A stretch of 32,000 bases of DNA from Ignicoccus hospitalis KIN4/I. Lineage in GTDB: Archaea > Thermoproteota > Thermoprotei_A > Sulfolobales > Ignicoccaceae. A program made the position numbers and the translations under genes. The stretch spans positions 540,001-572,000 of the forward strand of contig NC_009776.1 in NCBI RefSeq assembly GCF_000017945.1. Direction: 5' to 3'. Below are positions 8,967 to 17,649 of this stretch, piece after piece (the stretch's first letter is position 1; every line of letters begins with the position of its first letter). The notes under the pieces were generated by a model, which saw only the letters and a program-made list of their open reading frames with translations, had not been told where the DNA came from and searched no databases.

Positions 8967-9218
8967 ATGAAGCTCGACTTCTCTAAGATAAGAACAATGC
9001 TGGAACAGCTGGCGACCAAGGAGAAGAAGGCGAGGAGGCCCAAGGAGCGTGCAGTCCCGGCCTACTTGAGGAAGTGTAAGTACTGTAAGCACTTGGAGCT
9101 GACGTACTGTAGGTTCCACGCCGTCACCATACACCCGGAGTCCAGGGCGTGCCCAGCGTTCGTGCTAAGGGAGGAGTTCGCCGTACAGCCCAAGAAGGAG
9201 GAGGGCACGGTCGCGTGA
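8967..9218 (+). CDS. Small basic protein with four Cys (CxxC...C...C); hypothetical
   Basis: 83 aa with an ATG start 8 nt after the preceding stop. The Cys-containing segment is KCKYCKHLELTYCRFHAVTIHPESRACPAF. A 7-bp hairpin GAAGGGT/ACCCTTC follows the stop. Confidence 0.4.
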   Translation: MKLDFSKIRTMLEQLATKEKKARRPKERAVPAYLRKCKYCKHLELTYCRFHAVTIHPESRACPAFVLREEFAVQPKKEEGTVA

Positions 9219-9271
9219 GCCTCCGGGGAAGGGTAGGTTAACCCTTCTTATAGGGGGCGCCGGGGGCCGCA

Positions 9272-10363
9272 GTGAGGAAGTTCTTAGCGGAGACCGCCTC
9301 GCTGGTGGTACAAGCGATATTGGAAGCCGTAGTGGGGCACTTGTGGTCCTTGGCGTCCCCAATACTCAAGGAGCACCCCGGAATACTGATAGCTATGCCC
9401 GGGTTGGCGGAGGACAGGGGGGCGGTCTACGGCTCGCTCGCCGCGAAGTACTCTACTATGTTGTACCTAGGCGAGGCCAGCAACGCGAAAGAGTTGTTGA
9501 AGTCCAAGGTAACTTACTCGGCGATAGTTGTAGGGGTGATAGGGGGGCTTTATGTAATACTGCTAGTCTCGACGGTGGCTGAGCCCCTCGCCCCGCTCAT
9601 CTACTTCCTAGTCTCCAGAGGTTTGATACTCTTGACCCTAGTCCCGCTTACCGCCTACTTGTGCTACGCGGCCTTCCTTAAGGGCCTCGACATAGACTTG
9701 ACTGTAGTTTCCCTAATTACTGTAATAGCGGACTTGTTAAGCGCTATATCGCTATTTATAGTGTTCAGTGAGGTATCGCTCGTCTTCATAGCAGTTACTA
9801 TAGCGATAACTTACAAATCCTTAGCGACCGCTGGCCTTCGAAGGGCGCTGGGTTACAAGAAGGAGTACTTGGCCTCGTCGCTGATAGCCTCCACGATATC
9901 GACCTTAGCGGGCTTGACCTTAGCCGAAGGAGGGGCGACAGAGGTCCCCCTCTTGCTGGCAGTGGCGCCGTTGATAATGGCCCTCAACGGCTCAGCCTCG
10001 ATGAACTTCGCCTCGTGGCTGGGGACGGCCCTTGCCTTGGGCGAGGTGGAGGCCTCGAGGCCCTTCTCGAAAAAGGTGCTGGCCACAAACCTCCGGGTGA
10101 CGGCCGAGGTGCTGGTGGCCCTCGTCTCCTCCTCGGCCCTCTTCGCGCTGGGCCCCCACGGCATAAGGGCCTTGGAGGTGGCCCTCGTTAGCACGCTGTT
10201 GTTGAGGGCTGTTATGCCTTTAATTACTATTGTATTGGCCTCGTGGAGTTACTTGAGGGGCTGGGACCCCGACTTGATAACTATTCCGATACTCTCAAGC
10301 TTGGGCGACTTGCTCTCCACTAACGTAGTGCTCTTAACGTACCGCTTGCTGTTCAATCCTTAA
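9272..10363 (+). CDS. Duplicated MgtE/SLC41-type divalent-cation transporter membrane domain protein
   Basis: 363 aa and polytopic. Two internal repeats are visible: PGLAEDRGAVYGSLAAKYSTMLYLGE and APLIMALNGSASMNFASWLGTALALGE. Each is followed by a D(I/P)DL..(V/I)..L....DLLS motif typical of the PF01769-like domain. Confidence 0.55.
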   Translation: MRKFLAETASLVVQAILEAVVGHLWSLASPILKEHPGILIAMPGLAEDRGAVYGSLAAKYSTMLYLGEASNAKELLKSKVTYSAIVVGVIGGLYVILLVSTVAEPLAPLIYFLVSRGLILLTLVPLTAYLCYAAFLKGLDIDLTVVSLITVIADLLSAISLFIVFSEVSLVFIAVTIAITYKSLATAGLRRALGYKKEYLASSLIASTISTLAGLTLAEGGATEVPLLLAVAPLIMALNGSASMNFASWLGTALALGEVEASRPFSKKVLATNLRVTAEVLVALVSSSALFALGPHGIRALEVALVSTLLLRAVMPLITIVLASWSYLRGWDPDLITIPILSSLGDLLSTNVVLLTYRLLFNP

Positions 10364-11379
10364 ATAGGCCTATAGGAGACTTTCCTCAAGCCGTAGAGCT
10401 CGAGCCTGGAGGCGAACCACTGGGCGGCGCTGGCTCGGGAGGCGTCTATTATGATTTCCCCAGCCTTGGACTCGAGGACGTAGTACTCTAAGTCCTCCAA
10501 GTCTGCGTGGTCGCTGAACCCCACCCTCCAAGCGTTAGGGCCCACCTTTTGAACGGGGACGAACTGCCAGCCGTCTAGTAGGACCTTACTGCCCCTCACC
10601 CTCTCTTGCCTAAAGTTGTGGAACTTAGAAAAGCGAACGTACCACCCGTCCCTCTCTATTTCCTTCGCCTCCGGGCTCCCCTCTAGGAAGTACTCGCCGA
10701 AGGTGTACCCTAGCTTCTCGAGGTCCTTTGCTATTAAGAACTCCCGTCGGGAGAGCAAGTAAGGCGCGTCCACCCCGTGGAGCCTGAGCAGCTCCATGAC
10801 CTCTTGCAGCTTGCCGTTGTAGGCGTACACGTGGACCGGTCCCCTCCCCAAGAGCTCTAGTACCAACCTCACCAACTCCTCATCCATCGTCTCTTTGTAC
10901 TTCCGTATGCAGAGCGGGCAGCCGTAGGTGGCGTCCACCACGAGGGCGTCGAGCCCTTGGAGGACCGGGGTCCCCGTTCCCGGCTCCTTGAAGTCGCCCG
11001 TGTAGCCGAACGTCCGCCCCTCCTCGTCTTCCACGACCACTTGGACGGAGCCGGGGATGTGGGAGGCCTTCACGAACTTGATTACTTCGTAGCCTCCCCT
11101 CCGGGAGTCGACGGGCACCTTGTACGTTTGACCCGGCTTGAGGACTACCAGCTTCCTAGTGCTCCTCAAGCTGCGGTAGGTGTGTTTTAGGAATACCGCG
11201 GTCTCTTCGGTAACCAAGATAGTTTCTTGATAGCTCAAGCTCTTACCTATGTCCTTCGTGTGGTCAGCGTGGGCGTGGGTGATCACCCTTACCTTTCTCC
11301 GAGGGGTGAAGCCGTCTACGGTCACTTGAGAGCCCAAAAGTATCGCTTTCGTCTCCGTAACTGTAGCCACGCTGAACAT
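10360..11379 (-). CDS. Metallo-beta-lactamase fold nuclease, short beta-CASP-like (SNM1 / ligase-associated exonuclease-like)
   Basis: 339 aa with the motifs THAHADH, ASHIPGS, DATYG and GFSDHAD. Confidence 0.6.
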   Translation of the reverse strand: MFSVATVTETKAILLGSQVTVDGFTPRRKVRVITHAHADHTKDIGKSLSYQETILVTEETAVFLKHTYRSLRSTRKLVVLKPGQTYKVPVDSRRGGYEVIKFVKASHIPGSVQVVVEDEEGRTFGYTGDFKEPGTGTPVLQGLDALVVDATYGCPLCIRKYKETMDEELVRLVLELLGRGPVHVYAYNGKLQEVMELLRLHGVDAPYLLSRREFLIAKDLEKLGYTFGEYFLEGSPEAKEIERDGWYVRFSKFHNFRQERVRGSKVLLDGWQFVPVQKVGPNAWRVGFSDHADLEDLEYYVLESKAGEIIIDASRASAAQWFASRLELYGLRKVSYRPI

Positions 11380-11423
11380 CTTTTCCTCAGAGGCGGAGAA
11401 CGCTAGGACGACTAATATCTTGC

Positions 11424-12020
11424 TCAGGCCTCTAAGCTTACTGTCCTTATGCTGGGCTTGCCCCCGAACGGAATGACCAATACGTCTATACCGTCGCCGG
11501 ACAAGCTGTCGCGTCCGCTCGCTACCTTCACGCTCTCTATGGCTAGGTTTTGAGCCTCTTCCAAACTCATGTCCTCCCTATACTCCTTGTCCAACAAGGC
11601 CATCGCTAGCGGCGCTCCGGTCCCCACGGCCGAGTACTTCTCCTCTATGACGGAGCCGACGGGGTCCAACACGAATATCCTCGGTTCGTCGTCGTAGCCC
11701 CCGAAGACCGTTTCCGTCATTAGCGGGAACAGCTTGTTCGAGTAGAGGATGAGTCCCAACAGCCTCGCCGCGGACCTCACTTTCATTTTTCTCTTATTGG
11801 ATATCTCGTAGTACCTTATCTCGTTCTCCAGAGCCCTAGCTATCGCTTGCATGTCCGCGTAAAGGCCGGCGCACGCCATCCCCATCCTGTCTCCTACCTT
11901 AAACACCTTCCTAGCGGCTTTGCTCATTATGAAGCCTCCGTAGCTCATCCTCCTCTCGGCCGCCAACACGACGCCGTCCTTTACCTTAATTCCGACTGCC
12001 GTTGCCCCCGGGCCACTCAA
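11424..12020 (-). CDS. psmB: Proteasome subunit beta
   Basis: 198 aa. A short propeptide MSGPGA is followed by TAVGIKVKDGVVLAAERR and GLYADMQ. Confidence 0.85.
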   Translation of the reverse strand: MSGPGATAVGIKVKDGVVLAAERRMSYGGFIMSKAARKVFKVGDRMGMACAGLYADMQAIARALENEIRYYEISNKRKMKVRSAARLLGLILYSNKLFPLMTETVFGGYDDEPRIFVLDPVGSVIEEKYSAVGTGAPLAMALLDKEYREDMSLEEAQNLAIESVKVASGRDSLSGDGIDVLVIPFGGKPSIRTVSLEA

Positions 12021-12057
12021 AGCTTACGACCACCCACAGACGGAGGAGGGGGAATAA

Positions 12058-12975
12058 TTACCACACGCCAGTGCGTATGTACCTAAAAGCCGTGAACCCG
12101 GCAATGTAACCTTGGGCCGCCGCCACCAGTATCCTCTTGGGGGCCGGAGTTATGTCCCCTGCCGCGAACACCCCCTTAACGTTCGTCCTCATCTTATCGT
12201 CCACTAGTATTTCTTTACCCCTCATGTTAACTCCGAGAGACTTGACCCACTCCAAGTCCGGGGGCTCGAAGCCTATGGATATGACCAAGTGGTCCAGAGG
12301 GAGCACCGTCTCGCCCCCCTCCTTGTGGGTCACCACCAAAGCCGTGGCCTTGCCATCCTTTGCTATTATCTCCTTGGGAACGCTGTTCAATACCATCTTA
12401 ACTCCGGCCCTCACCATCCTTTCGATGCTCCTCATGGGGGCCCTGAACTGGTCCCTGCGGTGAACTATGGTTACTTGGGCCCCGCTCTCGGCTAACACGG
12501 TCGCCGTGTCGACGGCTGTGTCTCCCCCGCCGACGACAACTACCTTAGAACCCGCGAAAGCTGTAGGATCCTTAACTATATAGTGAACGTTGGGCGCGTC
12601 CTCGTTGGGAATGCCTAGCCTCCTGGGCTTGCCCAGTATGCCTATAGCTATTATGAGGACCTTCCCTTCGTACTCGTTCCCGCTCTGGGTGCCCAGCACT
12701 ATCTTATCCCCCTCCTTCCACGCCTTAACGACCCTCTCCTTCTCAACTACCTCCACCCCGAAGAACTTCTGCATCTCTTCGAAGGCTCTAGCAATTTCTA
12801 TTGCCCTTTTCCCGTCGAACCCGGGGTAGTTTTCCACGGGCTTCCAAGCGTATGAGTAAACCGTGGCCATTACCCTCTCCGCCTCTATCACCAAAGGCTC
12901 TACGCCGTACTGCTTGAGGGTGGCGGCCGCCGTCAGGCCGGCTGGTCCGGCGCCCACCACCAGCGCGTCCCTCAT
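12058..12975 (-). CDS. Thioredoxin-reductase-like FAD/NAD(P) oxidoreductase lacking the redox CxxC (TrxR-like FNR type)
   Basis: The motifs are DALVVGAGPAGLTAA, VVVVGGGDTAVDTA and GVFAAGDIT, and there is no CxxC. I chose the ATG at 12975, which overlaps the upstream TGA as ATGA, over the track's GTG at 12993. Confidence 0.7.
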   Translation of the reverse strand: MRDALVVGAGPAGLTAAATLKQYGVEPLVIEAERVMATVYSYAWKPVENYPGFDGKRAIEIARAFEEMQKFFGVEVVEKERVVKAWKEGDKIVLGTQSGNEYEGKVLIIAIGILGKPRRLGIPNEDAPNVHYIVKDPTAFAGSKVVVVGGGDTAVDTATVLAESGAQVTIVHRRDQFRAPMRSIERMVRAGVKMVLNSVPKEIIAKDGKATALVVTHKEGGETVLPLDHLVISIGFEPPDLEWVKSLGVNMRGKEILVDDKMRTNVKGVFAAGDITPAPKRILVAAAQGYIAGFTAFRYIRTGVW

Positions 12976-13817
12976 CCCACCTTCACCCCACACAGCCTCT
13001 CTGCGAGATCTTTAAGGCCAATATATTCACTAACTACGCCGTAGAAGCTAGAACACGGGGACGGTTTCATGGAGTGGTAGAAGTGGTAACAAGCCTTGGG
13101 CAACCACCAAGCGCTGCCCAAGCCTCGGACCCCACAAGGGGCCGAGCCTTCCAAGGCGGAGTCTTGGACGTGTCGCGCGTAAGACAACGCGAAGTGGGTG
13201 TAGGCGAGGACGACCAGCTTGGAGGAGTCCGCAACCACGTCGGCGAGTTCGCGGGCCAAAGAGACGGTGAAAGCCGGGGGCAAGTTGACCTTTATAGAGT
13301 TGATGCGGTTCGTTACGTTCTTCATAATCAAGTACGATTTAATATAGACAACCCTAGTGGAGTTTGTACATACCGTGGACATACACGAAGACTTGTAGAG
13401 GGAGAAGGTGCTGGAGGAGGCGAAAGCCCCTAGGCGATCTAAGTAAGATGCGAGCTCGTTGAAGGTCTTGACTTTCACGAGCCCTATTATGTCTTGGGTT
13501 ACCAAAGCGAAGTACAGAGTAGCGAGATATTTTGCCATCGCGAGGTCGTATTCCTTCCTCAAGGTTAAGGATCGCGCCTCGGAGTAGAGGGCGCTCGCCC
13601 TTTCGAGGTTCTCGAGGGCGAGCTTGTAGAGCGCTTTCTGGTAGCCGTTCTCCGGCCTTAAGGTTATGATGTCCGCCTTTATCCTCTCTATAAACCCCTT
13701 TATCATATTGTCGTAGCGGAGCAAGGTATCTTCGTCGAAGCCGAGGGGGGCGGTCAAGTTGCAGGCCGAGAGGGCGGTGCTTACGAGTAAGAAGACTAGG
13801 AGGGCGGCCTTCCTCAC
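12972..13817 (-). CDS. Secreted or lipobox-bearing Cys-rich hypothetical protein
   Basis: 281 aa. The signal peptide MRKAALLVFLLVSTALSAC carries an L-S-A-C lipobox-like motif. There are 3 N-x-S/T sequons and 8 or more Cys. I recognise no family. Confidence 0.5.
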   Translation of the reverse strand: MRKAALLVFLLVSTALSACNLTAPLGFDEDTLLRYDNMIKGFIERIKADIITLRPENGYQKALYKLALENLERASALYSEARSLTLRKEYDLAMAKYLATLYFALVTQDIIGLVKVKTFNELASYLDRLGAFASSSTFSLYKSSCMSTVCTNSTRVVYIKSYLIMKNVTNRINSIKVNLPPAFTVSLARELADVVADSSKLVVLAYTHFALSYARHVQDSALEGSAPCGVRGLGSAWWLPKACYHFYHSMKPSPCSSFYGVVSEYIGLKDLAERLCGVKVG

Positions 13818-13838
13818 TTCGCTTCCCTTGGGGCGGGC

Positions 13839-14777
13839 TTATCGACCCGTATAAGCGGTACATACGTACCTAGCTAAGCTGCGGTGGACCCTCATGGTAT
13901 GACACTTGTTCAACTTTAAGAACGCTCTTTTGATCATCTCCTCGGCGTTTATCGACGTCGAGGCGGCGAAGACAACCCATGAGCCGGCCTTCAACACCCT
14001 CCTCGCCTCTTGTAGGAACTCCAACAAGAGCTCCTCCGCCGAGTGCCCCAAGCTCAACACGCTCCTCCCGTAAGGGGGGTCGGTGGCTATAGCCGAGAAC
14101 GAAGATCTCCTAAAAGGCATCTGGGCGGAGTCTTGGAGCACGTGCTCCGCCTCCGCCCCCACGTGTTGAGCGTTTATCCTAGAGCCGTACACCATGCTCG
14201 GGTCCAAGTCCGCGCAAAAGCTGAGCGCCCCCACCCTCCAAGCCTCTTGGGCTATCACGCCGGTGCCGCAGAAGGGGTCCAAGAAGCGCTCCCCCGGCCT
14301 AACCCTGCTCAAGTTGACCATGGCTCTGGCGAGGAGCGGATCCATGGAACCGGGAGAGAAGAAGGGGCCCTTTGGGCTCCTCCCGAGCCTCCTGAGCGCC
14401 CTCTCCTTACTTATTATGAGGAAACCCTCGACGGCCGTGGCGATAGCTTCCCCCGCGCCCGGCACCGTCGGGAAGGCCCTCGTCCGCGGAGGGGTTAAGC
14501 CCCCTAGCTTCCTAAACCTTAGGCGCTCGAAGGAGCAATCCTCGAACCAGTCGCACGCCACCTCGTCGCAGACCGCGCACACCTTGCCTACCTCTTTCAC
14601 GAAGGCGCTCCTTTCGACAATCCTCTTAGAGCACTCGAAGCTTGCCTTGGCCAAGACTAAGTTGTAATGGACCGAGAGGACTTCCAAAGGACACGAGTAG
14701 ACCTCGTGCAGGGCCTCTATCTCTTCCAAGGGAATAGTCCTGTGGGCCCCGGAGGTCACGAAGTAGAGGACTTCCAA
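13839..14777 (-). CDS. Trm11-like tRNA (guanine-N2) methyltransferase (UPF0020 class)
   Basis: 312 aa. The N-terminal VLYFVTSGAHRTIPLEEIEAL has the Trm11-type fold pattern. The SAM site is LDPFCGTG and the catalytic motif is ATDPPYG. The start is TTG. Confidence 0.65.
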   Translation of the reverse strand: MEVLYFVTSGAHRTIPLEEIEALHEVYSCPLEVLSVHYNLVLAKASFECSKRIVERSAFVKEVGKVCAVCDEVACDWFEDCSFERLRFRKLGGLTPPRTRAFPTVPGAGEAIATAVEGFLIISKERALRRLGRSPKGPFFSPGSMDPLLARAMVNLSRVRPGERFLDPFCGTGVIAQEAWRVGALSFCADLDPSMVYGSRINAQHVGAEAEHVLQDSAQMPFRRSSFSAIATDPPYGRSVLSLGHSAEELLLEFLQEARRVLKAGSWVVFAASTSINAEEMIKRAFLKLNKCHTMRVHRSLARYVCTAYTGR

Positions 14778-15463
14778 GGCTTCTCAGCCTTCTCCTCCTC
14801 TTCCTTTACGACCCGAATTAGCCAAGGTTTTACTTCCCTCTCGTACCACTCGAGCAAGTCCGGGTCGTACCACTTTTCAACCTTCTCGCCCCTCATAGCC
14901 TTAATCATCATTACCACGCTCCTTCCAACGTTTAACGCATCCAAGACGAAGTTCTTTAACTCCAAGGCGTCTCCAGGACCGTTTATGTAAGCCATGCTCC
15001 ACGGAGGTATCACGGCCCCCATGGAGTTTAGGATAGACATCATCTGCGCTACCGCAAACATCGCGCCGCTGTCGTTGCCCGTGGCCACGAAGCCCACCAC
15101 CTTTCCGTCCATCCAACTCTTCCCATCTATGTGTATCATATTTTCCAATGCAGTTAAGCGGTCTATGACGTTCTTCATCACCGCGCTCGGGGAGTACCAA
15201 TAGACGGGCGTAGCGAATATTATGCCGTCCGCTTCCAAGACCTTGTCGTAAATTATCTTCATGTCGTCCTTAATAACGCAAGGGTACCTACAAGCCTTCA
15301 CGTCCTCCGACGCGCAGCCGAGACAAGGCTTCACGTCCAGCTCGTACAAGTGGAGCCACTCGGTCTCCGCGCCGAACCGCTCCGCCGCCTTGAGGGCCAT
15401 CATAAGCCCCTTGAAGGAGTTGCCGTACCTCCTCGGAGACCCTAACAAGCCTAAAACTTTCAT
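14756..15463 (-). CDS. Flavodoxin-fold NAD(P)H-dependent FMN reductase / iron-sulfur flavoprotein-like protein
   Basis: 235 aa. MKVLGLLGSPRRYGNS is followed by the compact Cys cluster CLGCASEDVKACRYPC, then FATPVYWYS. An acidic C-terminal extension follows. Confidence 0.65.
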   Translation of the reverse strand: MKVLGLLGSPRRYGNSFKGLMMALKAAERFGAETEWLHLYELDVKPCLGCASEDVKACRYPCVIKDDMKIIYDKVLEADGIIFATPVYWYSPSAVMKNVIDRLTALENMIHIDGKSWMDGKVVGFVATGNDSGAMFAVAQMMSILNSMGAVIPPWSMAYINGPGDALELKNFVLDALNVGRSVVMMIKAMRGEKVEKWYDPDLLEWYEREVKPWLIRVVKEEEEKAEKPWKSSTS

Positions 15464-15566
15464 TTCCTCTTACCCGCGTCGATAGGAAAGAGAAGAGGTT
15501 TTATCGCCGATGAGGAGCGTGGGCTACGTCGAGCGGTGAGCGCTCAGACCTCGGGACCCGAGGCCT

Positions 15567-16361
15567 TCAAGGCACCACCCACGTCCCGCTCCTCTCTTCC
15601 AAACACTTCAGGGGGTCGGGGACGGTGCCGTCGCATATGACCACTTTGGTCCCCCCGGAGGCGACCCTTCCCGCCATTATTATTTTGATGTTCATCCCAG
15701 GGCCCACCTTCTTGGCCACCTCTTCCGCCTCTGAGGACTTTATCTCGGGTACCACCTTCCCGTCCATCAGAACTCCGGGAACGTCGGTCAAGAGTACGAG
15801 GTACTCCGCGGACAACGCCTTAGCCAGTTCAGCCGCCATCTGGTCCCCGTTTACGTTCAAGAGCTCGCCCTCGGGGCTCAGCGCTATGGGAGCGACTACC
15901 GGTACCAAGCCCCTCTCCACTAAGGCCTTGATTAGGTCCGTTTTCACCTCCTTTATCTTGCCCGTATAGCCGCCGGCGATGGCCCTCTTTACGAGCCTCT
16001 CGCCCACCTTTTCTTGGACGATAACTTTCTTCTTCCTCTCCGCTATCACGCTCGGCCCGTCGGCTCCGGTCAGCCCTACCGCGCCCCTCCCGTAGGAGGC
16101 GAAGGAGGCGACTATCTTCTTATTCAACAAACCCCCGAGGACCGCTACGAACACTTCGAGCTCCTTCTCGTCCGTGTACCTAAATTTTATCCCGGAGGCG
16201 GAGACCTTGAACTGGGGTTCCATCCCCATTTTCCTCTCCCACTCGTCCACTAGGTCTCCCCCTCCGTGCACGAACACCGCCTTCTCTAACCGAGAAATGC
16301 TCTTGACTATCTCATCCATGTTGTTCAACAACGTCCTGCCACCGGCTTTTACTACTATCAT
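15567..16361 (-). CDS. lysZ: Amino-acid kinase family: [LysW]-aminoadipate/glutamate kinase or acetylglutamate kinase
   Basis: 264 aa with MIVVKAGGRTL, VFVHGGG, NVNGDQMAAELA and LLTDVPGV. No lysW, lysX, lysY, lysJ or lysK is adjacent. Confidence 0.8.
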   Translation of the reverse strand: MIVVKAGGRTLLNNMDEIVKSISRLEKAVFVHGGGDLVDEWERKMGMEPQFKVSASGIKFRYTDEKELEVFVAVLGGLLNKKIVASFASYGRGAVGLTGADGPSVIAERKKKVIVQEKVGERLVKRAIAGGYTGKIKEVKTDLIKALVERGLVPVVAPIALSPEGELLNVNGDQMAAELAKALSAEYLVLLTDVPGVLMDGKVVPEIKSSEAEEVAKKVGPGMNIKIIMAGRVASGGTKVVICDGTVPDPLKCLEERSGTWVVP

Positions 16362-16570
16362 TGGCTAGGCCACCGAAGGGGAGGGGGAGGGCACGGTCTT
16401 CAACGCTTGCGTCCAAGTTTATTAGTTGCTCCAGACGAGCAAGTCGCCTTCACGAAAGGCTCTGCCTCGCCTCTCGTCTGTCGAGGGTCCACATGGCCTT
16501 GCCGAATCGGATCTCGGAAGTTGCTCGGGTCCCTCGCACAATGCAACTGGCGTTACCATGATCTTTTTTC

Positions 16571-17085
16571 TAGAAAGTGAAGCCTCAGCGATTCATAGGT
16601 TCCTTCATAAGTTCGACTACGTAGCTCTAAGATTGGGCTCGTGGTTACCCCAAGCTCTAAGAGCATTCAATATCAACTTGTCTTCCTTCTCTGTATTACT
16701 ACAAAGCTCTCACTCTTCGCCCAGTGAAGCGCTACTTAACGCTCTCGACGGGCGACGCTCTCCACCTTCGCGCAAAACTAACTCTCAGATACAGAGTAAC
16801 GTTGATTCCTTAGCCTCTTAGCATTACAAATCACCAAACTTTTGTATTTACTCATTTCTCTTTCCACATTCACCCACATGGGAACATCCTATGTTCGAAA
16901 GCGCACCATTACTATTCACTCTCTCAGACCCCCTTATATCTTTTCATGGGAACGCTGAAGATCATGGAGAGAAGGCCAGAGGAAAAATTTCTTGAATAAA
17001 GGGAAAAGCTTGGGGAATTGTAAGTTTGGGGTAGAACGCAATTCTTTTAAGGGAAAGACCTTGGAGCTTTATATGGAAGGTCTCG
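16571..17085 (+). promoter_or_regulatory. Putative CRISPR leader (AT-rich, non-coding)
   Basis: It lies upstream of the array in the repeat orientation that ends in GAAAG. TATA-like CTTATATC occurs at ~16932-16939 and CTTTATATGG at 17067-17076. Internal direct repeats are AGCTCTAAGA (16623 and 16653) and CATGGGAAC (16877 and 16945). Confidence 0.4.
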
Positions 17086-17649
17086 GTGGAGTCTCAAAAG
17101 AGGATAGAAAGTCCTTCTCCTCCCCTACCGGCAGCCCTTCTACCTTCTCCTCCTGTAGAGTCTCAAGAGAGGATAGAAAGAAGAGTAAGTGGTACGGGTT
17201 GGTCCTATTCAACTACATTAACCTGTAGAGTCTCAAGAGAGGATAGAAAGGCGTTGTAGAAGAAGGGGTGGATGGCGATAGGCAGCTTGAGGTGGAGTCT
17301 CAAAAGAGGATAGAAAGCATTCGGTGTAGAGGCGCACCTTCCTCTCTTCCATCTCCAACACCCGTGAAGTCTCAAAAGAGGATAGAAAGATGCCTAGTCA
17401 AGTTCTTCTAATTAGAAGAGCACGATCGTGGAGTCTCAAGAGAGAATAGAAAGTCCAGTTCGCGTTTCAACCAAGAAGGAAAGAACACCGTGGAGTCTCA
17501 AGATAGAATGGAAAGAGAAGAACAAGCTTGTGGAAGCGATACCAGCGTTCGTGGCGTGGAGTCTCAAGAGAGAATAGAAAGCGGAGGTGAACTAAAATGC
17601 CTAGTAGTTAAAGCTGATCATGGGTGGAGTCTCAAGAGAGAATGGAAAG
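17086..17649 (+). CRISPR. CRISPR array with 9 repeats of 26 nt and 8 spacers (43, 44, 41, 46, 38, 36, 40 and 42 nt)
   Basis: Repeats start at 17086, 17155, 17225, 17292, 17364, 17428, 17490, 17556 and 17624. The consensus is GTGGAGTCTCAAAAGAGGATAGAAAG. There are six sequence variants: R1=R4, R2=R3, R6=R8, and R5, R7 and R9 are each unique. The 3' end AT(A/G)GAAAG resembles the crenarchaeal 8-nt crRNA handle AUUGAAAG, which sets + as the transcribed strand. Confidence 0.9.

Noticed and set aside
16482-16540. Calling the second hairpin plus ACA an H/ACA guide RNA
   Set aside because: The lower stem, internal loop, upper stem and ACA spacing are roughly compatible. However, I could not identify a K-turn or K-loop (GA/AG) in the upper stem or a target match. 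I keep it only as one possibility within the candidate-RNA finding.
16426-16821. A 131-aa + strand ORF in the large intergenic gap, and a 47-aa minus-strand ORF (ATG at 16559) just upstream of lysZ
   Set aside because: Both have Ser/Arg/Pro-rich compositions unlike every credible protein here. The minus-strand peptide lacks the zinc-ribbon CxxC pairs and the acidic EDWGE-type tail expected of LysW, so it is not the missing carrier protein.
17020-17085. Possible additional degenerate repeats upstream of repeat 1 (TTGGAGCTTTATATGGAAGG, ..AAGGGAAAG)
   Set aside because: The similarity is limited to GGAG and GGAA(A)G ends with indels in between. The same bases are better explained as the leader-proximal TATA-like box CTTTATATGG.
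17112-17154. Possible self-targeting: spacer 1 shares CCTTCTCCTCC with the window at ~14789-14799
   Set aside because: It is only an 11-nt match of low-complexity pyrimidine sequence and there is no extended identity.
16992-17228. A 78-aa ORF (MNKGKSLGNCKF...VSKEDRKSF...VSREDRKKS...)
   Set aside because: It reads straight through the CRISPR leader and repeats 1-3. The repeated VSKEDRK/VSREDRK is simply the translated repeat, so the ORF is an artefact.
17390-17623. Spacers 5 and 8 share the 9-mer ATGCCTAGT, which could indicate overlapping protospacers from one invader
   Set aside because: The flanks diverge immediately (..AGTCAAGTT versus ..AGTAGTTAA). My rough count of pairwise comparisons among eight ~40-nt spacers makes a chance 9-mer match unremarkable.
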